Below, piece by piece: positions 29,273-36,714 of a stretch of 64,000 nucleotides of DNA. The position numbers were made by a program, and so were the translations under genes. The notes beneath the pieces are model-generated. The model made no database searches. It had not been told where the DNA came from and worked only from the letters and a program-made list of their open reading frames with translations. Position 1 is the stretch's first letter. Every line of letters starts with the position of its first letter. The stretch comes from an uncultured bacterium (lineage in GTDB: Bacteria > Krumholzibacteriota > Krumholzibacteriia > Krumholzibacteriales > Krumholzibacteriaceae), in assembly GCA_965371515.1 (NCBI GenBank), contig CBDUYR010000004.1, positions 1 to 64,000 of the forward strand, read 5' to 3'.

Positions 29273-29613
29273 TATCCTGTCTCCTCAGTTTCGCCAGCGG
29301 GCTGCTCGGCCGGCTGTTCGGTCACGGGATTCTCGTCGATGACGATCATATGCCTGAGCACCATGTCATCGAACCGGTAGACACGGTTGAGCTCGTTCAG
29401 GATATCGTTGTCGCCGTCGAAACACATGAGGATATAACTGCCCTCGAAACGCTTGGCGATCGGATAGGCGAGCTTCCGCTTGCCCCAGGGATCGACCTTG
29501 CGGACCGTTCCTCCCCTGGAGGTGACGACCTCGTTGAACTTCTCCGTCTTTTCCTTTACGGCAAGTTCTTCAAGGGATGGATCGAGGATGTAAACGCACT
29601 CATAGGCACGCAT
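29272..29613 (-). CDS. rpsF: 30S ribosomal protein S6
   Basis: [30 protein letters not shown]. Confidence 0.96.
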   Translation of the reverse strand: MRAYECVYILDPSLEELAVKEKTEKFNEVVTSRGGTVRKVDPWGKRKLAYPIAKRFEGSYILMCFDGDNDILNELNRVYRFDDMVLRHMIVIDENPVTEQPAEQPAGETEETG

Positions 29614-29620
29614 AGATTTG

Positions 29621-29680
29621 TTCCTCCCTTCGGACTTATTCGACCTTCCCTGTCCGGGGTGGACGGGAAGGTAGGGATTT
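29621..29680 (-). promoter_or_regulatory. S6:S18 ribosomal-protein leader (autogenous translational operator)
   Basis: CCCT (anti-SD), hairpin ACCTTCCCGTCC/GGACAGGGAAGGT, then CCG next to the SD AAGGGAGG; this is the S6:S18 leader architecture. Confidence 0.7.
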
Positions 29681-29717
29681 ATGTACCGCGCCTCCGTAAA
29701 GGTCAGCACGGGGCCGA

Positions 29718-29746
29718 AATATAGCAGATCTTCCCCGTGGAGTCAA
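29718..29746 (-). promoter_or_regulatory. Sigma70-type promoter for rpsF-rpsR-rplI
   Basis: TTGACT-17 nt-TATATT with extended TGn. Confidence 0.7.
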
Positions 29747-29761
29747 CCCCGCTTCGGGCTG

Positions 29762-30358
29762 TCACCCATCCACTGCTCCGCCTGCGTCGTCCCTGGGCGC
29801 TTTACGGTTGTATCGCCTCTGGGCAGCTCCAAGGCCCTGTATCAGAATCAGTTCCACCGCGGCAGCGGCATCGTCGACCATCTCACTCACCGGCCCGGCC
29901 TCGTCCCCACCGAACTCCTCCAGTACGAAATCGCTCCAGAGGGCTCCGGGAGGCGCCGGACCTGCTCCGAGCCTCAACCGCGCGAATTCCGGAGTCCCGA
30001 GGGCTCCGGTCACCGACTCGAGGCCGCGGTGCCCGCCGCTGCCTCCAACGGCCCGAATTCTGATCAGTCCGACCGGCAGATGGATATCGTCGCAGACGAC
30101 CAGAACGGAATCGGGGGAAACGCCCGCAATCTTCAGCGCATCCCCCGAAAGATTCATGAATGTAAGGGGCTTGAGAAGCGTAATGTGCCGCCCGGCGAAT
30201 CGCCAGCGGGTCTCCAGCGTGAGCCCGCCTCTGTCGTTCCAGCCAAGCCTGTGACGTCCCGCGAGCGTATCGAGAGTATCGTAACCGAGATTGTGCCTTG
30301 TACCAGCGTATTCCTGTCCCGGATTGCCCAGTCCAAGAACAAGAGTGATCTCCGGCAT
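29762..30358 (-). CDS. pth: Peptidyl-tRNA hydrolase
   Basis: GLGNPG..TRHNLG, KPLTFMNLSG, GGSGGHRG. Confidence 0.94.
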   Translation of the reverse strand: MPEITLVLGLGNPGQEYAGTRHNLGYDTLDTLAGRHRLGWNDRGGLTLETRWRFAGRHITLLKPLTFMNLSGDALKIAGVSPDSVLVVCDDIHLPVGLIRIRAVGGSGGHRGLESVTGALGTPEFARLRLGAGPAPPGALWSDFVLEEFGGDEAGPVSEMVDDAAAAVELILIQGLGAAQRRYNRKAPRDDAGGAVDG

Positions 30359-30364
30359 CCGCTA

Positions 30365-31075
30365 TCAGTCTTTCTTTCCGCCCTTTTTGGCAGCGGCTTC
30401 GCCTTCTTCGGCAGCGGCTTCGCCCTCTTCGGCAGCGGCTTCGCCCTCTTCGGCGCCCTCGGCTTCTTCTTCCTCGCCTTCCACGGCCTCCGTAAGGTCT
30501 TCCATCTTCTTCGGCGGAGATACGTGGGCGAGGTTGATATGTCCTTCATCGAGAAAATCGATGTCAGGATAGAGGTTCACGAGATCCGAGATATGGACCG
30601 TATCGCCGATCATCAAGGACGTAACGTCGATATCGAGATGCTCGGGAACGTTGGCGGCCGTTGTGGCGATCATGACCTCACGGACGCCTTGATCGAGAAT
30701 ACCGCCGAATTCCTTCACTCCCCTGGACATCCCGTTGAGGTTCACGGGAACACCGACCTTGATGTTCTCGTTCATCGATATCCTCTGGAAATCAACATGA
30801 AGAACGTCGCCTGAGACGGGGTGGTGCTGGACGTCCCGGACGAGCGTAATGTGTTCCTCCATGTCCACTCCCTCGACCTCGAGATCCAGGATCAGATGCT
30901 CGCTCGTCGCGTTGTGGAGTATGGTCCAGAACTCGTGCTCGAGTAATGCCAGATGGACGGGGTCTTTCTTGTGTCCGTAGAGAACACCCGGTATCTCACC
31001 CTGCTGGCGCAACTTGTGAACGTTCTTCTTGTTGGCCTCTTTCCTTCTTCGGGCCTTCAGCTTGATAGGCTTCAT
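30365..31075 (-). CDS. rplY: 50S ribosomal protein L25/Ctc
   Basis: IPGVLYG, VQHHPV..HVDF, GVKEFGGIL; acidic tail. Confidence 0.94.
   Translation of the reverse strand: MKPIKLKARRRKEANKKNVHKLRQQGEIPGVLYGHKKDPVHLALLEHEFWTILHNATSEHLILDLEVEGVDMEEHITLVRDVQHHPVSGDVLHVDFQRISMNENIKVGVPVNLNGMSRGVKEFGGILDQGVREVMIATTAANVPEHLDIDVTSLMIGDTVHISDLVNLYPDIDFLDEGHINLAHVSPPKKMEDLTEAVEGEEEEAEGAEEGEAAAEEGEAAAEEGEAAAKKGGKKD
30389..30451. repeat. 3 x 21-bp tandem repeat encoding (EEGEAAA)3 in the rplY tail
   Basis: ggcagcggcttcgccttcttc, then ggcagcggcttcgccctcttc twice. Confidence 0.9.
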
Positions 31076-31088
31076 CTTTTCCTCCGTA

Positions 31089-32027
31089 CTACACGAACAA
31101 CATGCTGATCGATTCTTCCATATGGATCCTGCGGATGGCCTCCCCGAGCAGGGGCGCCACGTCGAGGATCTTGATTCTGCTGCACTCCCCGTTGTTTGTG
31201 AACGGGATCGAGTTGGTGACCACCGTCTCCTCGATGCTGGACTTCTCCAGCTTTTCGAGGGCCTTTCCGGAGAATACGGGATGCGTGGCCATCGCCATTA
31301 CCCTGCCGGCCCCGGCGTCCTTCAGGACCTGGGCGGCCTGCGTGATCGTGCCGGCGGTGCTGATGATATCGTCCAGGATGATGATATCGCTGCCGGCGAC
31401 TTCTCCGATCACGTTCATTACCTCGGATTCGTCGGCACCGGTCCTGCGCTTGTCGACGATCGCGAGGTTCGCATTGAGTCTCTTGGCGAAAGCCCTGCCC
31501 ATCTTTATCCCGCCGACATCGGGCGAAACGATGGTAAGGTCCTTGAAATTCTTCCCCTTAATATATTCAAGCATTACGGGCGCCGCAAAAAGATTATCGA
31601 CCTGAATATCGAAAAATCCCTGGATCTGGGCGGCGTGCAGCTCGAGCGCCAGGACCCTGTGCGCTCCGGCCGTCTCGATCAGGTTGGCGATCAGCTTCGC
31701 CGTAATCGGGACCCGCGGCTGGTCCTTCCTGTCCTGCCTCGCGTAGCCGTAATACGGGATCACGGCAGTGATGCGGTTCGCCGAGGCACGGTAACAGGCG
31801 TCGATGAGGATCAGGAGCTCGAGCAGGTTGTCGGCGGGCGGGAGAGTGGGCTGGATGATGAACACGTCCTTGCCCCTGATGTTTTCGTTGATGTTAATGC
31901 GGATCTCCCCGTCGGAAAACCTGCCCACCTCGACATCGCACAGTTTGATGCCGAGATACGAGGCGATATCCCCCGAAAGCCGCACATTGGCGTTCCCGCT
32001 CATCAGTGTCACCAGCTCCATCTTCAC
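31089..32027 (-). CDS. prs: Ribose-phosphate pyrophosphokinase
   Basis: FSDGEI, PYYGYARQDRK, VSPDVGG, DDIISTAGT. Confidence 0.97.
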   Translation of the reverse strand: MKMELVTLMSGNANVRLSGDIASYLGIKLCDVEVGRFSDGEIRININENIRGKDVFIIQPTLPPADNLLELLILIDACYRASANRITAVIPYYGYARQDRKDQPRVPITAKLIANLIETAGAHRVLALELHAAQIQGFFDIQVDNLFAAPVMLEYIKGKNFKDLTIVSPDVGGIKMGRAFAKRLNANLAIVDKRRTGADESEVMNVIGEVAGSDIIILDDIISTAGTITQAAQVLKDAGAGRVMAMATHPVFSGKALEKLEKSSIEETVVTNSIPFTNNGECSRIKILDVAPLLGEAIRRIHMEESISMLFV

Positions 32028-32037
32028 TGTCCTTCCG

Positions 32038-32063
32038 AAAAAAAAGCGACCTGTCCGGCCACC
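32038..32063 (-). terminator. Possible intrinsic terminator between tRNA-Gln and prs
   Basis: GTGGCC-ggaca-GGTCGC stem (two G-U pairs) followed by T8. Confidence 0.45.
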
Positions 32064-32077
32064 GATCCACCCTTTAA

Positions 32078-32151
32078 TGGTTGGGGCGGGAGGATTCGAA
32101 CCTCCGATCCAGGAGCCAAAGTCCTGTGTCTTGCCACTTGACGACGCCCCA
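32078..32151 (-). tRNA. tRNA-Gln(TTG)
   Basis: TGGGGCG acceptor, anticodon arm CAGGA-CT TTG GC-TCCTG, GTTCGAAT T-loop, encoded CCA. Confidence 0.97.
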
Positions 32152-32168
32152 AGCAGTTCTGTCGAATT

Positions 32169-32462
32169 TTACTGCCCGGTTACTTCGAGTCCGGCCTCTG
32201 TCTCTGCGTTTACGAGTTCCTCCTTGTAGGCCGTTATTATCAAACCCTCCATCCAGTCCCTGGTCTCATTGTTGATAGGATGGGCTACATCCTGATAGGT
32301 ACCGTCAGGCCTCTTGCGGCTCGGCATGGCGACAAACACGCCCTTGGCGCCTTCGATGATCTTCAGACCCCTGATAACGAAACAGTTATCGATGGTAATA
32401 CTTGCAAAAGCCTTCAGTTTGTTGTCGTCCCGAAGTGAAATCCTGATCTCGGTTATCTTCAT
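32169..32462 (-). CDS. spoVG: SpoVG family nucleic-acid-binding protein
   Basis: MKITEIRI..LKAFASIT..FVAMPSRK..YQDVAHPIN. Confidence 0.94.
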   Translation of the reverse strand: MKITEIRISLRDDNKLKAFASITIDNCFVIRGLKIIEGAKGVFVAMPSRKRPDGTYQDVAHPINNETRDWMEGLIITAYKEELVNAETEAGLEVTGQ

Positions 32463-32484
32463 GTGGCCCCCCCTGAATACTTGC

Positions 32485-33372
32485 TTACTCCTTTTCGAGG
32501 AGTTCCAGAGTCCGTCCGGCGGGATATACGATCCAGGCCGAATGACCCTCATCGAGCATGAGGTCCATCACCCTTGACGCCGTTGTGTCATCTTCGTAAA
32601 GCGCGAAACACGCCGAGCCGCTTCCGCTCATCAAACTCAGGCTCGCCCCTTCGCGCTCCAGGAGAGCCAGGATCCGGCCGATAACCGGATACTCTCCGAC
32701 GACGACTTCCTGGAAGCTGTTGCTGGCCTCAAGAGCGATATCCGGAAAATCCTTCAATCCCCCCAGCAGACAATTTAGTTTATGTCCGCCTTCAGGCCTT
32801 GTCAATATTAAATTGGGATTTTGATAAGCCCACCTGGTAGAAACGTTTAAATCCGGCTTGACGATGAGAATAGTTCCTGTCTCCAGTCCGTTTGTCTTTT
32901 CGAGCAATTCGCCCCGTCCCCTTCCGATGGCCGGCGATCCGAACAGGAAGAAAGGAACGTCGGAACCGATCTCGAGGGCCGTCTCCATCAAGCGCTGCCG
33001 GTCGATTCCCAGGCCGAACAGCTCGTTCACCCCGGAAAGGACCCCTGCGGCGTCCGAACTGCCTCCACCGAGCCCCGCCCCTGCGGGTATGTTCTTCCGG
33101 ACACTGATCGATACACCCCGCCCTTCTCCATCCTCCCCGAGGATCAGGCCGGCCGCTTTCCAGCAGAGGTTTGAACTGTCCCACCTGATGCCCGGATCAT
33201 CGCCCGTCAAGGTGATGCCCCTGGCAGCCGGCTCTATGCGGATGATATCGTAAAGGGTCACGGGCTGAAACACGGTCTCTATATCATGGTAACCGTCATC
33301 GCGCCTTCGGATCACGTCGAGATAGAGGTTGATCTTGGCGGAGCATCTGACAGTGATGCTTTCGGCGGTCAT
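32485..33372 (-). CDS. ispE: 4-diphosphocytidyl-2-C-methyl-D-erythritol kinase
   Basis: AKINLYL..DGYHDIET, KNIPAGAGLGGGSSDAA, GSDVPFF, MSGSGSA. Confidence 0.95.
   Translation of the reverse strand: MTAESITVRCSAKINLYLDVIRRRDDGYHDIETVFQPVTLYDIIRIEPAARGITLTGDDPGIRWDSSNLCWKAAGLILGEDGEGRGVSISVRKNIPAGAGLGGGSSDAAGVLSGVNELFGLGIDRQRLMETALEIGSDVPFFLFGSPAIGRGRGELLEKTNGLETGTILIVKPDLNVSTRWAYQNPNLILTRPEGGHKLNCLLGGLKDFPDIALEASNSFQEVVVGEYPVIGRILALLEREGASLSLMSGSGSACFALYEDDTTASRVMDLMLDEGHSAWIVYPAGRTLELLEKE
32777..32805 (-). promoter_or_regulatory. Internal sigma70 promoter inside ispE, facing spoVG-tRNA-prs
   Basis: TTGACA-17 nt-TAAACT with an AT-rich tract upstream. Confidence 0.7.
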
Positions 33373-33430
33373 CGGCAGGCCCCCGTGGACGGCCCGGATA
33401 GAAGTCCCCGGCCTGGTTGAAGCCGCGAGC

Positions 33431-34513
33431 TCAGGTGGAGTCCCGGTAGCTCTCCCACAGGTCGCCCCACTTCGTCTTTCTGAATTTCCTGATCTTCGAA
33501 CGGCCCACGGTCGGGTACCAGAAGAAGTCATGGTAGATGTTGCTCGCCATCGGAGCCCACCCGACGAGGGGTGAATGCAGGGCGGCCTTCTCGAGGAACT
33601 GGAGCGGCCCCTTCCTGAGCATCTGGTCACCCCAGATGACAAAGCTCTTCTTCACCCGGAATTCAAAGTCGAGCTTTTCGATATCCTCGCCGACGATCTC
33701 GATGTTTTCGATCCTCGCCTCACCGAGGCCCCTCTCAGTCGACCAGCGGAGATAATCGATCGACATCGGGTCGAATCCCATGATCTTCGCCGCCACGGCG
33801 TCGATGGCCACCGAATCGGCGCTCGCAAGGATCAGGTCGCCCTCGTACAGATCCATTGTCCTCGGGCCCGCCCCGTTGCCGCAGACCGTCCCGTCCATCA
33901 CCGCGAAGATGTTGGGATGGAGCTCGCGCTGCATGAGAAGCAGGTCGACGAGGACCTCGTGCATATACTTGTGGGCGTAGTGCCTGACCTCCTTGAGCAG
34001 ACCGCCGAAGGAGTTCTTGATGGCTCCCGTCGTTGTCGAGTGGCCGTGGGTCTTTACCGTGGGAAGGTGGAGCACGTCCTTTCCTATGTACATCTTCGGG
34101 ATCTCGATACCCTCGGGGAATATCTCGGCGAGCTTGAGCAGCTCGGAACGGAACTCGTAAACGGTCCATTCGACCTCGGGAAGCGGGATGAAGGGCAGCC
34201 CGTACCTGTCGAGGATCGGCATCCAGAGATTGTTTACTGCGCCCTTTCGCGGATTGGTGACGACCGTCCTGTTTTCGACGGGAATGATCGACTCGGTCGT
34301 GTATCCCCGGCCGAGAAGGTCCTTCACCACACCCTCGAGCTGCCACGGCTGGCTCGAGCAGGCTGGGAAGTACTTCGTCCACGAGAGGTTGAGTTTGATC
34401 AGCAGGTCCCTCTCGGCATTCAGGACATCTCCGGCTCCTGCCATATCCATGAGGAGATGATAATCATCCACGATCGTTTCCGGAGTCGTCCTGAGAACCG
34501 CTACCTTTGACAT
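33431..34513 (-). CDS. DUF362 domain protein
   Basis: IKLNLSW, LPTVKTHGHSTTTGAIKNSFG, DGTVCGNGAGP, ASADSVAIDAVAAKIMGFDP. Confidence 0.8.
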   Translation of the reverse strand: MSKVAVLRTTPETIVDDYHLLMDMAGAGDVLNAERDLLIKLNLSWTKYFPACSSQPWQLEGVVKDLLGRGYTTESIIPVENRTVVTNPRKGAVNNLWMPILDRYGLPFIPLPEVEWTVYEFRSELLKLAEIFPEGIEIPKMYIGKDVLHLPTVKTHGHSTTTGAIKNSFGGLLKEVRHYAHKYMHEVLVDLLLMQRELHPNIFAVMDGTVCGNGAGPRTMDLYEGDLILASADSVAIDAVAAKIMGFDPMSIDYLRWSTERGLGEARIENIEIVGEDIEKLDFEFRVKKSFVIWGDQMLRKGPLQFLEKAALHSPLVGWAPMASNIYHDFFWYPTVGRSKIRKFRKTKWGDLWESYRDST

Positions 34514-34561
34514 TCAAAAACCACCTCTCCCGGCGGCTGCGATCGTCACGGGACGATCGCC

Positions 34562-35452
34562 TCACCGGATGATTATTATATATACTACCGCCGCGAACCA
34601 GAGGACCACGTCGATGATTATTGCTTTCTCGGTCAGCAGGACGCCCGACGGATCGCCGCCCTCGTTCCTGCTGTATACGAGGTAGAGATACCTCATGAGC
34701 CCGAAAACGACAAACGGTATCGTATACACGAGGTCCTTCGTGCCGAACTTGAGGACCGTCGAAGGCCAGACAGTATATATCGAGTAAGAGATGATCGAGG
34801 CCGTAGCGGAAAGGCTGACCAGCTGGTCGAGCAGAGTCACGGAATATTCCTTCAGCGACGTGCGGTGATCGCCCGCCGAGACGAGATTGGTGATCTCGTT
34901 CCTTCTCTTGCAGATCGCGAGGAAAAGAGACAGGAACAGCGTGCATATCCACAGCCACGGCGAGAACTCGAGGTCGGGTATCACCGAGTGGAGTACCGCC
35001 ACTCCAGCAACCGCCCTGATGAGAAAGCTGAAGGAGATCGAGATGACGTCGAGTATCACGACATGGCGGAAGATCAGCGAGTAGGCCAGGTTGACACCGA
35101 CGAACGCCGACGTGAGAAAGAAAAACTCTCTCCCGAGAATCCAAGCCACGGGAAGCAGCACCGCTATCAGGAGAACGGCGAAACCGACCGCCAACCCCGG
35201 GCTGATCCTGCCGGCCGCTATCGGGCGTATCTTTTTCTTCGGATGCTCCCTGTCCCTGTCGCGGTCGAATACGTCATTGAGTATGTAGATCGCGCCGGAA
35301 AGACCGCAGAAGACGAGGAAACCGTAGAGGCTCAGACGAACGAGCTCGGGATCGGTGAATCTCTTCGAGAAGACAACGCCGGCGAAGAGGACCACGTTCT
35401 TGGTCCACTGCTTGGCCCGCATCGAGACGGCCAGGTACCATAACTTTTTCAT
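34562..35452 (-). CDS. UbiA-family polyprenyl-phosphate phosphoribosyltransferase (DPPR synthase-like)
   Basis: RAKQWTKN, YILNDVFDRDRDREHPKKKIRPIAAG, KRRNE, GGDP. Confidence 0.85.
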   Translation of the reverse strand: MKKLWYLAVSMRAKQWTKNVVLFAGVVFSKRFTDPELVRLSLYGFLVFCGLSGAIYILNDVFDRDRDREHPKKKIRPIAAGRISPGLAVGFAVLLIAVLLPVAWILGREFFFLTSAFVGVNLAYSLIFRHVVILDVISISFSFLIRAVAGVAVLHSVIPDLEFSPWLWICTLFLSLFLAICKRRNEITNLVSAGDHRTSLKEYSVTLLDQLVSLSATASIISYSIYTVWPSTVLKFGTKDLVYTIPFVVFGLMRYLYLVYSRNEGGDPSGVLLTEKAIIIDVVLWFAAVVYIIIIR

Positions 35453-35457
35453 GTCGG

Positions 35458-36714
35458 TTAATATACACTTTCTTCAGGCCGCGAGTCAAGTGGCGCCGCG
35501 GACAACCCGGCGCCGTACTCTCTGTATACGGCCGCGTTCAATCCGACGATGATCAGCATCATCGTCAGCACCTCGGCGTCGCCGAAGTTCCAGTCGAACA
35601 TCCCGTTGACGATGAAGCCCGTTATCGCGCCGAGGGATCCGGCCATCAGGGCTCTCCCGGGCGGAGGCAGGTCGAGACGCAGGTTCCTTCCCACGATCCT
35701 GAACATCGCGACGAGCAGCCAGACGAAGGCGGCAAGCCCGACCGTTCCGAGCGTCACAGCAACATGAAGGAAGATGTTATGCATGTGACCGTGCACGTGG
35801 ACAGCCTCCGGCGGCATGTGCTCCCTGTAGATATCGCCGAGATCTACCGGTCCCGTACCTATGACCGGGTGCTCCCTGAATATGGAGATCCCGCCCTTGA
35901 TCATGTTGATCCTCTGGATATTCGTCCTGAACTGCGGATCAAACATCGTCTTTATCCTGTCGCGGTAAGGGCCGGGCGCCAGAATCACCCACGCAGCTAC
36001 CAGAGCGAAATAAACGGGGATCCAGCGTCTTCGCAGGACGACGAGTATCACGATACCCGAGACGAACATGCCGAGCCATGACGACCGGGTCTGCGTGAGC
36101 AGCAGGGCTGCGGAGGCCGCGGCCGCCGCGATTATCGAAAAGACCCTCAGTCTGCGTGGTATTCCCCGGGCGATCGACACCGCCGAGTAGAGAGACAGCA
36201 GCAGCAGCATGATTCCACCGAACGTCATCGAGTTGGAGAATGAACCGGGCGTTCTTTCCAGGCTGCCCCTCCCCATCCCGAGAAAATATATGACCACACC
36301 GAATACAGCCGAGCCCGTCCCCGAAACAAGCAGAACGCCGTAGACATTCCTGCGGACCGATCCGTGAACGGCCAGCGAAGCGGCGAGCCAGACGATTACG
36401 AACAGCAGATAGTTTTTGAGATTTCCGAAAGCCGCGGACGGAGCGCCGGAGAGAAGCGATGAGATGATCGAGACCAGTATGAACGCCGCCAGGGGAAAGG
36501 CGAGCAACAGCCTTCCAGGCCTGAATGTTGGATCGAGCAGGCAGAGCACAATCCAGAGAAGCACGGTGATGCTGAGGGAGATCTGAGTGATGGCGATCGA
36601 GAAGGTCGACGCGAAGACGAAGATGCCGAAAAATATCAGTGCCGCCAGCCGCAGACGGGCAACGACCGTACGGCCCTCAACCGCGTTGACCACGGTCTCG
36701 CGGCCCTCAGCCAC
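35458..36714 (-). CDS. O-antigen ligase/Wzy_C family membrane protein
   Basis: Polytopic; LTQTRSSWLG, R..M..G..IFREHPVIGTG, HMHNIFL; start uncertain. Confidence 0.82.
   Translation of the reverse strand: MAEGRETVVNAVEGRTVVARLRLAALIFFGIFVFASTFSIAITQISLSITVLLWIVLCLLDPTFRPGRLLLAFPLAAFILVSIISSLLSGAPSAAFGNLKNYLLFVIVWLAASLAVHGSVRRNVYGVLLVSGTGSAVFGVVIYFLGMGRGSLERTPGSFSNSMTFGGIMLLLLSLYSAVSIARGIPRRLRVFSIIAAAAASAALLLTQTRSSWLGMFVSGIVILVVLRRRWIPVYFALVAAWVILAPGPYRDRIKTMFDPQFRTNIQRINMIKGGISIFREHPVIGTGPVDLGDIYREHMPPEAVHVHGHMHNIFLHVAVTLGTVGLAAFVWLLVAMFRIVGRNLRLDLPPPGRALMAGSLGAITGFIVNGMFDWNFGDAEVLTMMLIIVGLNAAVYREYGAGLSAAPLDSRPEESVY

Noticed and set aside
30389..30451. 21-bp direct repeats as a possible CRISPR array
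   Set aside because: No spacers, in-frame within the rplY acidic tail, no cas genes
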